A stretch of DNA of 63,193 bases, the filler included, from Rhabdomonas costata (lineage: Eukaryota): assembly GCA_019059605.1 (NCBI GenBank). It is 48 parts of 48 records of this genome, joined end to end, with 100 filler letters (N's around TTAATTAATTAA, not from the genome) between each part and the next. Parts side by side here need not be neighbours in the genome. Positions count along the whole stretch, not along the records: positions 1 to 1,219 come from JAHMHO010023128.1; positions 1,320 to 2,538 come from JAHMHO010023129.1; positions 2,639 to 3,857 come from JAHMHO010023130.1; positions 3,958 to 5,178 come from JAHMHO010023131.1; positions 5,279 to 6,494 come from JAHMHO010023132.1; positions 6,595 to 7,813 come from JAHMHO010023133.1; positions 7,914 to 9,132 come from JAHMHO010023134.1; positions 9,233 to 10,452 come from JAHMHO010023135.1; 40 more parts are not named here. One strand, given 5' to 3'. The position numbers were made by a program, and so were the translations under genes. The notes under the pieces were generated by a model that did not search any database, was not told where the DNA came from, and saw only the letters and a program-made list of their open reading frames with translations. Shown here one piece after another: positions 1 through 12,500 of the stretch. Numbering within the stretch: position 1 is the stretch's first letter; each line of letters starts with the position of its first letter.

Positions 1-1219
1 GTGGTTTTGTTTTCATTTTATTTTTATTAATATTTCGAAGCCAGCAGGCTACTCCTACGGCACCCTGGGAAACCCGATCGGTTTCGAAATATTAATAAAA
101 ATAACATGAAAACAAAAGTATCTCACTCACAAAATACCGCTTCGCCATCCTTGGGCTTTGGCCTCTTCGACGGGGGTGCAGAGTCCGTCATCGCTTCGGG
201 AGATGGAAAATGAAAATAAAAAAGGGAAGAAAAAAGCAATTGAAAAGCAGCCTTCCAAAAATCGAAACCCACGCGAGAATGAAAGGAAATCCACTCACCA
301 GCACTCAGCTGGAAGCCTACCTCCGGTCACACATAAGCAGGACTTTGCATGTCGAGACCTGTTTTCTGCGAGCGATTCTTCACACGATGAAGATTCGATG
401 AAGGTTAGGGTTAGATCACATTATATCTTGACTTCACCCACGCAACAAAAGCAGACAGGACAGGCGATATCCACGTATGTACGGTTTCAAACCGAACGGT
501 ACATAAAATTCGATTACCCAGATCTGGTTTCCTTCCCTCCTTTCACACCCCCTAACATCGCATCCGCATTCCGACTTTTCGGAACTTTCAACTGCTCGTT
601 CGATTTTGTGGTAGTGATTAAATGAAACCCAATACCAGACTTCTACAGCAGTACAGCAGGCCCCCAAACTCCTAAAAATAACCCACTCAGCCCTGTGCAA
701 AGAGCAATACATCAATACAGTCTTTTTTAGGCCCTCCGTCCATTTTGGGACTTCCGAACCCGGAACCGTAGAGGCTCACGTACAGGCACACGAACAGTGG
801 CGGGTACCGGGCTGCGAGGCAAGCTCGTAAACGCCATATCAACGCACAACTGCGTTACCTCCTGCCACACACACACACACAGAGTTCCTTCCAGACACGA
901 CTCACGACGAGCAGCATGGGTACAAGCACCAGTGGGCGAAATAATCACAGCGACAAGGCAATATTTACACAAACGCCTGCAGTCTGCAAACACTAAAAGC
1001 AAAAACGGAATTCACAACGCGCTCAACTCATTCCTGCCAGGTGAAAGCTCTAAAGTACAGCCACAGCCGCAAACGCCCTTTAGGTGGATTCACGGGCGGC
1101 CATGGGTTTGCTCGACACTCTTCCTTCAGACACTCTTCCCCTCTCGACCTGTTCACCGCGCTTCCAATCCGACAATCATATCATCACCCGCCCCCAGCCG
1201 TCTCTTTCCCTTCCACCAC

Positions 1220-1319
1220 NNNNNNNNNNNNNNNNNNNNNNNNNNNNNNNNNNNNNNNNNNNNTTAATTAATTAANNNNNNNNNNNNNNNNNNNNNNNNN
1301 NNNNNNNNNNNNNNNNNNN
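1220..1319. other. Artificial scaffold spacer N44-TTAATTAATTAA-N44 (first of 47; recurs about every 1319 nt, last at 61876-61975)
   Basis: An identical 100-nt block with a six-frame stop linker separates 48 contigs of 1216-1221 bp. The modal length falls from 1219 to 1218 along the window, consistent with size-sorted small contigs. Confidence 0.99.
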
Positions 1320-4300
1320 TGTGGTTGGTTCCATAAGATCTTGAGGACGAGCTAAATGGTGAAGTTCTGCACAAATTTCTTATAGAGTAGGAGGGTGTGT
1401 CGAGGAGCAGCCGAGGGACACCCGACAGTACGTGCACCGCAGGTAGATACCATCACCCCCTTACGTGCGGGCATCCTGGGGTTGGGTGGTACGTCGTGGT
1501 GGTGTGTAGCGACACCCCGTAGTAGGAGGGCCACCGGCAGGTGGGGTAAGGACCGAGTGGAGGCACCTTAGGGTGGTGGAACGAGGGACGTCAGGGTCTT
1601 CTGAATTCCGGGTTGGTATTTGGTTTTCGTATTTCGGCATTTTGAGCTCTTTCTTCGGTCTTCGGTATTTGGGGTTGGGAGTTCGGTATTCGGGGTTGGG
1701 ATTGGTATTCGTGCTCGCGAGTTGAGGGTTTCAATGCATCGGATGTTGGGGTATTTGGGTTTCGGTCTTCACTCTTCGGAGTTCTTGCCTAAGGGTTCCT
1801 TGAAGTCGCTCGGGATCTCACAGATACACAAAACAATGGGAGTAGGTTAAGCAAAACAATGCCGGACTGCACATGCTGTAAGGGATATGACACCCAATCA
1901 TACGATGATGACAAACGTAGCGACTAAATGGCAACGATTACTCGATAAGGATGCGGTCAGAAGCTTGATCACGACCATAGCTGCACTTCACTGTACACGT
2001 GATGCACATACCGATAGCACCATCAGAGGGCAGGATGGCACACGCATCATTAAGGCTACTGACACCTAGCGATGGTGGTGGTTGTGTACTATCTGCACAG
2101 GTTGCTCACGTACACATAGTACACCATGCGTTAGAGTGGAGGGTGAGCTGGATCATCACGCCACAGGTTGGCCATGGTGATACAGCCCTCCATGTCAGTG
2201 TCGGTACAGGCACTCACAATGACTACCACACTCATGGGTATAACAACCCTGTTAGTAGTGCGTTAGGTATCGTGTATGTCACTACCTACTGCATTCACCA
2301 CACCTACGCTCTGGGTAGCATGGTAGGGTTTGTGGATCGAGTAGTAGGAGTAATGCCAGTGCTGACTCGGTGCTGTCAACTGGTGGAATAGCCCCAGGGG
2401 ATGGCGTAGGTGGAAGTAGCGCTCCATCTATCATTATGCTGATGCCATGACAAGGCTACGCATAGTGACAGCAACCCACTACGATGTCAATACCGATGCA
2501 TGGATGAGCCCTGCCGGTAGGAGTAGTGACCAACCCAANNNNNNNNNNNNNNNNNNNNNNNNNNNNNNNNNNNNNNNNNNNNTTAATTAATTAANNNNNN
2601 NNNNNNNNNNNNNNNNNNNNNNNNNNNNNNNNNNNNNNGGGTGTTGGGGGATTGAGATGGGACCTTCCAAACGCAACACAGAAGAAAGAACACAAAAGAA
2701 AAATGCTGTTGGAAAAACCGCAAGAACGAAAGTTGATGGTAGGTCTTGTTGGACCAAAATGAAACAAAATCATTTCGAAATGTCCCTTTGCAAAAGTAGA
2801 AATGATGATTCCGTCTGTTGTCAGGTCAAGGCCTCCCGAAACGCTGCGTGGCCGGTCCTTGGGTCAGAGTTTCTTGGCCTTTCAACCTCCGCCGGCAGTT
2901 CCCCTTGTCGGCTCCTTTTGCGCCGCGTCCTTCCTCACGCCGCGGAGCGTTTTACCACGGCACGGCAGCTGGTGGGGGCGAGACAGGTGGTGTAATACCT
3001 CGGAGGAGCCGAGAGCGGCCCTGCGCTGCGGTGGTGCTCGCAGCACAGTAAGTTTTGTTGGGCGACGCAGGCGGCCGCGAGCTATTTGCCTGGCCCCGTT
3101 CCGTTCGGCGTGGGGTGAGGGGGGGGGGTAGGTTGCATTTTGTTGCACACGTTGTGGGTGCCGCGCCACTCGTTTGCTTCAGGCCCATTGTGTCCACCAG
3201 CAAGTCACCGCAAGCATCTCCATCTTAAAACGCTCTACACAAAGGTCCGAACATGCATTACGGAAGTTCAGTCAGAAGTTCGCTACAGTCTTTTTTTCTG
3301 CCACTAAATTCGAACCAAATTATGAAGCAAATTTGAAGTGAATTTTGTTGTTGCTGCAATTTGTGGGGCTGTCCTTAGGAGGCAGTCGGGCCCATCTGTG
3401 AGGAAGGACATTTTCCAGACGCCCTCCTCGCTAACGAAGGCAAGCCCGACGGTGATGGTGAGGTGTCGGTTGGGCTGCCTTCACCATATAAACCGGCATG
3501 CTCCCACTTCCTCCCCTTCCCAGTCGCTGGTCTGTGACACCAAAAAGCATACACAAAGTTTCGTCACTGATCGTTGAACAACGCCCAAAGGTGCCGTCAA
3601 GGCCCATATCTTCTTTGTCCCCTCGCTTCACATGGTGCGACACAGGCCCAGACGTTGACGAAAACGTGTTGAATTGTGCTCCGCAGAAAGCACCTAACGG
3701 CAAAGCGGAGTTGCGAACCTTGTATGCTGTCCTTCGCGTATGGTAGAAGGAGGGGGGTAGGCTCTCCAGATGCCCCTAAGCTTGCTGCGCTGCCTTTACA
3801 TTGGAAGAAAAGGCAGCGCAGCAAGCTTAGGGGCATCTGGAGAGCCTACCCCCACCCNNNNNNNNNNNNNNNNNNNNNNNNNNNNNNNNNNNNNNNNNNN
3901 NTTAATTAATTAANNNNNNNNNNNNNNNNNNNNNNNNNNNNNNNNNNNNNNNNNNNNTGTTTTTGGGTCCTTCTTGATTTCCGTCCATATGCGGAGACTG
4001 CGCTGCGCGAACGTGGCTTTTTGCGTATATGAGTCATCGCGCCATTACGCGTCGGGCGTTTGTCGGGGGTCACGTTGGCGTTTGTCGGGGGTCACGTTCT
4101 GGGAAATGGAGGATAGGCCTACCTGGCTGCGACCTTTCTCCTCTCCTGAACCGCTCATTCATCAGATTTCACATCGGTGATGACATTTCTTTCCTATAAT
4201 GCCAAGGGAGCAACCCATCAGGATCAAGAAGCAGATGGTGTTAACTTTACACCAACGTTGTGAGGAGACGAAGATTTGGTGGCGAGGGTTCCTAGCGCAT

Positions 4301-4466
4301 CGGGGCACATGCACCAACACGAGAAAGCAGACCATACGGCGGACTGGGATCGAGCCCCATGCCTGGGGGCAATTAGGACACTTTATTTCCTGGCGTCGGA
4401 TAGTCGCAGCAAGGGGTGGCCCTTTTGGCGGCCCTGCGGTGCACCTTTCCTTCTTTCTTCATCCAG

Positions 4467-4930
4467 GAAAGTGGTTATGCCAGCAAAACTCTTGCCGCGG
4501 TCTCCGCTGTTATCCAGCACCTCCACCAGGGAAACGCCCACGTCCCCTACAGAAACTCCAAGTTGACCCGTTTGCTGCAGCATGGGTGTGTGTGTTTGTG
4601 TGTGTGTGTGTGTGTGTGTTTGTGTGTGTGTGTGGAGAAGTTTTTGCGCCGCCGAATCATTTTCGATACCGTTATGGTTGCTTAAGTGTTGAAAGGTTTT
4701 TTCGGCTCCAGTGGGGACTTTCTATCTTTCCCAATGGTTGATGGTTGGCGTTCAGGCTAACTGCGCAGAGCCGCTGCATTTTTCTGGCCATCATGAGCCC
4801 ATACCTTCAGCATCGAGCCCGGACGCTTCGCGTTGCCCGATACGCCGCAAAGCTGCGGCTGTTATGCGGGCTGTCTGATTCGTCAAGAGGTGTGCGTCGT
4901 CGACCATCACCGCTCTCCGATATTTTGTGA
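4467..4930 (+). CDS. Kinesin motor domain, C-terminal part (exons 4467-4585 and 4756-~4930; partial, divergent)
   Basis: A GT-AG intron at 4586-4755 joins ESGYASKTLAAVSAVIQHLHQGNAHVPYRNSKLTRLLQHG to LTAQSRCIFLAIMSPYLQHRARTLRVARYAAKLR. This matches the kinesin HVPYRxSKLTRLLQ and ISP...TLxTLRYA motifs. Confidence 0.88.
4586..4633 (+). repeat. (GT)n microsatellite at the 5' end of the kinesin intron
   Basis: Imperfect GT run visible directly in the sequence. Confidence 0.9.
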
Positions 4931-5552
4931 GATACAGGAATTGGGAGGTGGGAATGTCATCGCATCCATGTCTGACTCACTGATTTTAAGCTGGAACCCC
5001 ATCGTATTTTTTTTGCCCGGAAATGAATGCGCATGATATCAACTACACCGCGATTTGCCCCGTATGGTTCGTTCGCTTCCACTCTCCAGGCACTTTTTTG
5101 TTGTGATTTTTCTTCCGGGCCTAGAGCGTCTGCCATACCCAGCCGCGAGCTTCTCCTTCCTGTGTTGGGTCCGGTGTANNNNNNNNNNNNNNNNNNNNNN
5201 NNNNNNNNNNNNNNNNNNNNNNTTAATTAATTAANNNNNNNNNNNNNNNNNNNNNNNNNNNNNNNNNNNNNNNNNNNNGGTTTGTGGGGGTGTCAGATGC
5301 GTATTCTACCTCCGGTGGTTGGAGTGAAGAGAGAGAATGATGGTGGTTGAAGGTTGGTTGACATCCTTGCAGTGGTGACGAAGGGAAGAGGAGTGACGAA
5401 GGGTGAAAAGTACGCCTCAATGCAAGGATGTCGACCACCCTTCAACCACCATCATTCTCTCTCTTCACTCCAACCACCGGAGGTAGAATACGCATCTGAC
5501 ATCCCTCTCTTCTTCTGACATCTCTGTCTCTTCCTCCATCCAGGCATCTAGC

Positions 5553-5630
5553 GGTAGGAATGGGGGTAGGACATGAGGGTATGCGTACGGTAGGAATGGG
5601 CGTAGGACATGAGGGTATGCGTACGGTAGG
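5553..5630 (+). repeat. 36-bp tandem duplication (2 copies plus a partial third)
   Basis: GGTAGGAATGGG(G/C)GTAGGACATGAGGGTATGCGTAC occurs twice head to tail. Confidence 0.85.
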
Positions 5631-6126
5631 GTGGTGGAAGGATGCGTAGGGTGAATGTCATGCGTTCCTCCTGCGTGGGTCATGTGTGGGAAGGGTGATG
5701 CAAGGCGTAAGGGTAGAGGGTGTGTGATCAATGGGTGTGTCGGCCTCGGCGGACTCCGTTTCGCGTCTCTCTCACCTTTGGCCTCAGATGGGCTCTGAGA
5801 GGAAGTTGTCCCGCACAGAGGTTGTCGAAATGCACACACTCACCCAAGTCAACGTCAACGTCACACTCACCGTTCCACTCTTCCCATGACACCAGCAACA
5901 CCCACAGCCTCCACCACTGTTCCACAACACCTTGCCCTTTTCCCGGGGGTCTTTGCGCCCTTCTTGTCCTTTCCCTTTGGCGTTGGGGTCGACATTTTGG
6001 AACGAGATCAGCCGCACAAATGGTAACCAAAAATCATACACCCAAGCAAAAATGTCACGCAGGGGTGATCCAGTGGTGAGTGACAGGGTGTCTTACATGC
6101 ACCTTACGCAAAAAACCACCAGGGGG

Positions 6127-6489
6127 TCAAAAATCGTTGCGCAATCCCCAATTCTGCCAAACGATTACCCGCCAGATCTGGGCCATCTCGTGACCTTGCT
6201 CCGCGGCCTGCCCATAAAGCTTCGCAGCACATGCAAGGTCCTTCGCCACCCCCTTGCCATGCTCGTAGCACAAACCCAGGTTGAACTGCGCTTCAGCATG
6301 GCCCTGATCCGCGGCCTTCCCATACTGCTCCGCAGCACGTGCAAGGTCCTTCGTCACTCCCTTGCCGTCCTCGTAGCATAACCCCAGGTTGAACTGCGCA
6401 TCTGCATGGCCCTGCTCCGCAGCAAGGCAATAAAGCGCCACAGCAACTGCAAGGTCCTTCGCCACCCCCTTGGCATACTCGTGGCACAA
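6127..6489 (-). CDS. Sel1-like repeat protein, C-terminal fragment (5' end truncated by contig edge)
   Basis: About three 36-aa units of the form AQFNLGLCYExGKGVxKDLAxAAxxYxxAAEQGH, encoded by 108-bp DNA repeats. Confidence 0.95.
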   Translation of the reverse strand: MCHEYAKGVAKDLAVAVALYCLAAEQGHADAQFNLGLCYEDGKGVTKDLARAAEQYGKAADQGHAEAQFNLGLCYEHGKGVAKDLACAAKLYGQAAEQGHEMAQIWRVIVWQNWGLRNDF

Positions 6490-8381
6490 GCACANNNNNN
6501 NNNNNNNNNNNNNNNNNNNNNNNNNNNNNNNNNNNNNNTTAATTAATTAANNNNNNNNNNNNNNNNNNNNNNNNNNNNNNNNNNNNNNNNNNNNTGTGGT
6601 GTGGGTCTCCGTCAACGGGGCTCCATGCAGTGAGAGATGTTCCAGAGCCCGAGTTTGCTTTCCAGGCGAGTGCAGTGCCGATGCCTGAAGACTCTTTGGC
6701 GAGTAGTCGATTGCAGCTGCTTGAGGGGACGTGGAACGGACGGATGTCTTGGTGTTTGGTCACTTCGGTTTCGCGCCAGAGGTTGTGAACGGAACACGCT
6801 GTGCCTTTTATTTTGTGGCTTGGTTCCCGTCCTCACTTCGCTTCCTGGAAAAGTGTCTTCGCTGGCTCGCACTGAAGCGAGCACGTGCTTGCTGCAATTG
6901 TGCCTGTTCAGTTTTGGGTACTTGCTCTGGATGCAAATCGGATGATGCTGGAAGCCACTATACCTTTTTTCACGATTGGGAGTGGATTTCGGCGATGGCC
7001 ATTTATTAGTTTAGGCTGCCCCTCCCAGTGGCTAAAAAGAGGCCCACCAGGCGTTTCCTTCCTTGCTGGAAAGGGGTGGTACCGGTCATGCCCTTCAGTT
7101 TATGGGGGCGTATCGTGACCTATGAGATGGGGCAACACTTCCTTTCAGACCATGTGACATCCCGCGCCGCTGACTGTCCTCTGCCTTCCATCTAAAGCTG
7201 TCTGCCATTCGTCCCGCCGGAAGTCCAGAAGCAGCGGAATGCTTGGCCACCATGGACCATTTGAGAAGACCATTTGCATGGTCTCACTCAGTTTTTGTCA
7301 GAGTCTCTTGTCTGGAACTATACTAAGCTCGTTCAGGTGGCGCACGGGCACCGTTTCACCGTTTTCCCAAAGATTCGATTTTCTGTTGACCTTCACTCTC
7401 CTTTCAACCGATACGATGCCCCCCTCCCGGTATAGGCACCTCTTCCGCCAGAAAGGAAAAACTAAAACCCTGAAGACTGGCACCTTCTCCAACCCACCCC
7501 ATTGCGAAATGATCTTATTGAGGGTGCACACAGCTGACAGATGACTGATAAATGGCTGGTAATATGCACGTTTATCACTCTTCCCGCCAAAGCAGGGCCG
7601 CTATGGGTTTTTAAGTTGAGAAAACTCGAAATAAAAAGGGGCTTAAAATGGACAACAATTCTGAAATGGACAACAATTCTGTATCTCGTTACCCAGTTCG
7701 AGGCCGGTCTTACTTCCATCATAGTTACCAATCCAATATTGACCGAATATTCGGGGGCAGTCGAATTTTTGGTCAATATTGGATTGGTAACTATGATGGA
7801 AGTAACACCACCCNNNNNNNNNNNNNNNNNNNNNNNNNNNNNNNNNNNNNNNNNNNNTTAATTAATTAANNNNNNNNNNNNNNNNNNNNNNNNNNNNNNN
7901 NNNNNNNNNNNNNGGTGGGGGGGGGGGGGCACAAGGCCGAAATTGAGGCACACACAACAGACTGGGGAAGATTATCATGGGCACTGTAGGCCATTCTTGA
8001 AACGTCAAACGTCTTAAAACGCAATTGTGGACAATGGAAACTTTCGTTGGTTGCTGGCGTACGTTTCTTCAAGGGGCGTAGGTCAGTCCACGCCGCAGCC
8101 GGAGCGAGCGGCTCCGTTGGGCGTTGCTCCGTTTACCATTGCCCCCCCCTCCAATCCATTAACTCCCACAGCCACTTAATATTTAAACAAACTCGGGAGG
8201 CATACGCAAACCCCAATATTTTCGTGGAAGGCAGAGACAGGGGAAATCAAAACCTAGGTCGAACAAAACAACATCACGATGACACCCACAATAACGAACT
8301 AAAAACGAGACACCCGCGCCAGGTCAGAGAAAATCTTGACTGTTGTTTGTGTGTGTGTGTGGGGGGGGGCTGTGGGAGTAC

Positions 8382-9098
8382 TGCGGAGGCCATGTCACTG
8401 AAGTAGACCAGGTCGACCCCCCGCATCTTGTACTCATGCTTGTACTCCGTGTAAATGGCATCGGTGGTGAGGATGGGGACCTCCAGAATCTGAAGTAAAA
8501 GGAAAGTACTGAGGGGCAAAGCTAGCAGATAGCAGCTGCGGATGTGCTATCGCCAGAGAAGCCCGTCCGTGGAATTAACTACTCGATGCCGTCGAGTTCG
8601 TTGGGCAAGGGCATCGTCAAGACATCGCCGATAGGATTATTGACTTCGTTTCTCTCCATCACTCTCCGTTAAATGAGACCATTTCGAACTTCATAGCGTC
8701 GCGCATGCAGCGGTTGCACGGACAGCTTCACGATATGCCGTGCCCCAGGGGTCGGGCCATTGACCCCGACCCACTCCTACACTATACGTGTGAGATGAAC
8801 AGGATCATGCATATGTGTGGATCGCAGAGTAGTGCGGGTGAGTCAGTCAGTGGGGCAGGCCACCTTGCCTAGGAGGGCAAGCCGGCGCAGCCTGGCGTTG
8901 CCCTGGCCCATCACCAGGAACTGCTTCATCGCGGATGTGCCGGTGTTGCCCACGATTAGGGTCTCCGTCAGCAAGGTCATGCTCGCGGCAACCCCGCGCT
9001 CCTGCAGCGCCCGCCGCAGGGCAAGTGCGCTGTCCAGCGCAGAGACCGCATGGGACGCCACTCGCACCACGCCGTTCCAGCACACCACAATGCTGCCC
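8382..9098 (-). CDS. Class III nucleotide cyclase domain, C-terminal half, degenerate (exons 9098-8864 and 8489-~8382)
   Basis: A phase-0 GT-AG intron at 8863-8490 gives GSIVVCWNGVVRVASHAVSALDSALALRRALQERG...LIVGNTGTSAMKQFLVMGQGNARLRRLALLGK|ILEVPILTTDAIYTEYKHEYKMRGVDLV. This parallels the cyclase pattern AFWNAP..HA..A..AAL..VGNIGS..R..YTVIGDxVNxAxRLE..NK..ILIS. Confidence 0.75.
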
Positions 9099-9475
9099 CT
9101 ATGCGTGTGTATGTGTTTGGTTTGTCACGGAGNNNNNNNNNNNNNNNNNNNNNNNNNNNNNNNNNNNNNNNNNNNNTTAATTAATTAANNNNNNNNNNNN
9201 NNNNNNNNNNNNNNNNNNNNNNNNNNNNNNNNGTTGGGTTTTACTCTGGGACTTGTGTTGGTCTGCTCGCGTTTGTGAGTATTTGTGCGATGCAACCACG
9301 CAGAGGGGAAGACGTTTCCTGGAAAAGGGTTGTGTTTTTTTTTGTGAGCGTGTGTAGGGGTAGGGTTCCTTGGAAAGTGGCAATGGGAGAAGTATATCCC
9401 TCATGTGGCTTTGTTTTTGTTTTTGGATGTCTTTTCGTTTTGGTTGATTGGGTGGCTCATTGTTTTGGGGTGCAG

Positions 9476-9593
9476 CGTTCATGATGACACGGTGACGGCA
9501 GCTCGACGGCAGCTGAAGGACCTCAAGCTGGAGCTCGACGCCACCTTGTTGCAGATCGAGCAGCTGACCACCCAACTGGCCAGGGCAGGGCGG
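9476..9593 (+). CDS. Isolated exon encoding a coiled-coil segment, product unknown
   Basis: AG...GT-bounded, GC3-rich exon: VHDDTVTAARRQLKDLKLELDATLLQIEQLTTQLARAGR, with heptad-spaced leucines. Confidence 0.55.
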
Positions 9594-12500
9594 GTCCGCA
9601 CGCACCCGCACCCACAGACATGATCACATGATAACATTATCCCACGAAACCTGGGGACAATTGTATCGGGGGGGGGGGCGTGAAACGATTAGCACTGCTG
9701 AAGGGTTTTGGCTTTTTTTTTTTGGCAGATTTTGGAATTTTTGTTGCTAGGGCTTTGGAAAACAAATGGAAATATATTAGGTGCGCGGCTAGAGCGGACG
9801 GATGGATATTATCGATCCATGGATGTGTGATGCTCCGTGTATGCTCCGTGCTACACGTTTTGCAGAGCTAAACGACCAAGTCGAACACTTTTTCCGGGAT
9901 TTTATTTTATTGCTCGGGGATCAGGTAAACTGTATCTACTACCTCTTTTTAATGTTTTAATGATTTAAATTTTTTTTTATTGATTTTAATAACTGCTTCG
10001 GCTTCGCCCTCTTCAAATCTCATGAATTGCAATTGATTTTAGCAAAATGGGGTTAGGCATACTGATTGTATGCCCCGTAGACAGGCATGATTTAATTTAA
10101 GGGTCGTTAACAAATTCAAGACCGTTTGGCAGTGCTAAATTTTTAGCACCCCCCCCCCCAATAAAAATTCAAGAGGAACCTCTTGAACCTATGCCAAATT
10201 CATGTGGTTGGGAAGCTAAGGAACTCTGGAGTAAGAGGTGGGATTTGTGCATACCCCCCTGACCTTCTGCGAGCGAGAGCTTCCTTCTCTCGTTGTGCTC
10301 TCATCGTTCTCGCGGTCGGTCTATTTTCTCGAGACGGGTTTCGGAGAGATAGAGGTGGGAGCTGGATCCAAATGGTTTCCAGGACGGACAATGAGAAGCA
10401 CAATAAAAGAACGGCACCGAAAGTAGTTCCGAAAAGAATATGCATCCAAAACNNNNNNNNNNNNNNNNNNNNNNNNNNNNNNNNNNNNNNNNNNNNTTAA
10501 TTAATTAANNNNNNNNNNNNNNNNNNNNNNNNNNNNNNNNNNNNNNNNNNNNTGTTTTGGTGTTCCCAGCGATCTCCCCAGCTCTGTTTGGGCTGTGCCG
10601 CCGCCAGTCTGCCAGCGCGCGCTCTGTGCTGTTTTGACCTGGTGTTTTTTCGGGGGCACTTGTGCTGCATCAGGCTCTTTTCTGGCTGTGGCATGAGATG
10701 CTCTTCTCTCTCAGCACATTCCTGCCGGGGCATGCTCTGCCCGAACGGCAAGCGGATACTTGTCAGCTCGACGCGCTGCGCCAGCCGTGCGTGTAAGGTC
10801 GATGAGTGCTGCGGCGGTGGCGGTTCGGCGTAAGGAGGACGGCACTTCTCCGGAGACGGAGCGACCGTCGAGTGGAGGAAATAATGTAATCCGTTTAGCT
10901 TTTTTTGGAGCTTTGTGCATGAAGTTTTTTCATCCTTAGCATTTCGTGAAAGCCTACCCAACCATGTGGGAAATGTGGGAAGGGAAGGGCTGCTCGGATG
11001 TGGCTTGGTCTGGTGACCTTCGGGGCCATAGTATGGGAGGTTTATAGTGTTGTATGGGGTTCGTTTAGAGTGGCTGGGATGTGTGCAATTTGGGTTGAGT
11101 TTGCCGCCCTTCTGGGTGTGCTTTTGGAGGACAGCTGATGTGCGTTATCTGTAGAGCGGCTTCGGGACCTCTTGACGTAAACACTTTGCCGGGGAGGTTT
11201 GGCCATAGTATGATAGGGGAAGGTGTGTGGTGTGCGGAGGGCGTTTAGACTGCTTTCGTGAGGCTGAAATGTGCTATACTGAGCAAATACTGAGGTAAAC
11301 GGAGAGGGCCGGAAAGGAAGAACGCACGACAGGGTCGTGATGCAGTGGTCGTTTTCGTTCACCAAACTTTGTCGGACTTTGTTGGACAGTTGATGCGATG
11401 TCCGTGGATTCGGGACGTCCCCGACACCCGTGACTGCAAAAAGGCGCGTGTGTGTCAGCACTGCGCTGTAGATCCTCCTCTTCCTCCCTTTCTTCATACC
11501 ACCATTTTGCCCACCTACATACCACCACTTTGCCCACATTTCGAGGGTTTCTGGATGTTTCTTCTTCTCAGGGAGTACCCAGAGCGACGAATTGGGAAGG
11601 GAAGGGTGTCTTGGTGTGATCCCTTTCTTGGGTCCCGCAGATTTTTCCTCGCCTTCGAAGGTAATACGACTGGCCTCTCCCTCGTGCATTTCTTCAGACC
11701 TTCCTTTGGAGACTGGCGCTCTGTGTGTACTCTTCGCAGTGTTTAAACTGTGTGCAACTGGACAGTCTGCTNNNNNNNNNNNNNNNNNNNNNNNNNNNNN
11801 NNNNNNNNNNNNNNNTTAATTAATTAANNNNNNNNNNNNNNNNNNNNNNNNNNNNNNNNNNNNNNNNNNNNTGTTTGTGGTGATCCTAAGGAGGATCTCC
11901 CCCACGGCAAACCACACCACGCCCACGGCAACGTAGTACGCCACCAGAAACTCCACTCGGGCGGCCTCTGGGAGATCACCACCCATCTCTCGGCACCGCA
12001 AGAAATCGCGAGACGCGCGCCTTTGACTCAAAAGACACGGGCGGTTCGGACAAAACGAAGGGCAAAAAGAAAGGCTGCGAAGGTATTCCAATGGCAATCG
12101 GATTCCAGAATCTCCCATCACTAGGAACAAACCATCAGGAAAAGCAAGTTTCCACCGACCCCGCAACATCTTCTCACCAATGACAAATTACGTTCAAAAG
12201 TAAGTACGTCAGCCCAACGCAATAGTGTGGTTGGTTCAATTTTTCGCATCTGCAAGAAGCTCTCCCCTCAGATACTGCTCGACCACACTTGGATCAAAGC
12301 CACACTTCCCACTTCGAAGAGCTTTAAGTGCACTATTTGCAAAGCTATCGACACGTGAACGAGAGGCAACTGCACACAGCGCCACCAACGAGAGGTTCAA
12401 AGACAACATGGCAGGGAGGGGAATTGAGCCGAGCAAGGACATTTTAATCGAGGGATCCACAACTTTCAGAAAAGAAAATAGCACAAGAATAAAAGCGGTT

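Noticed and set aside
3370..3531. Possible TGA readthrough or selenocysteine frame on the minus strand (CRFIW*RQPNRHLTITVGLAF)
   Set aside because: There is no homology support, another frame is open across the same interval, and TGA appears to serve as a normal stop elsewhere (30516-30518).
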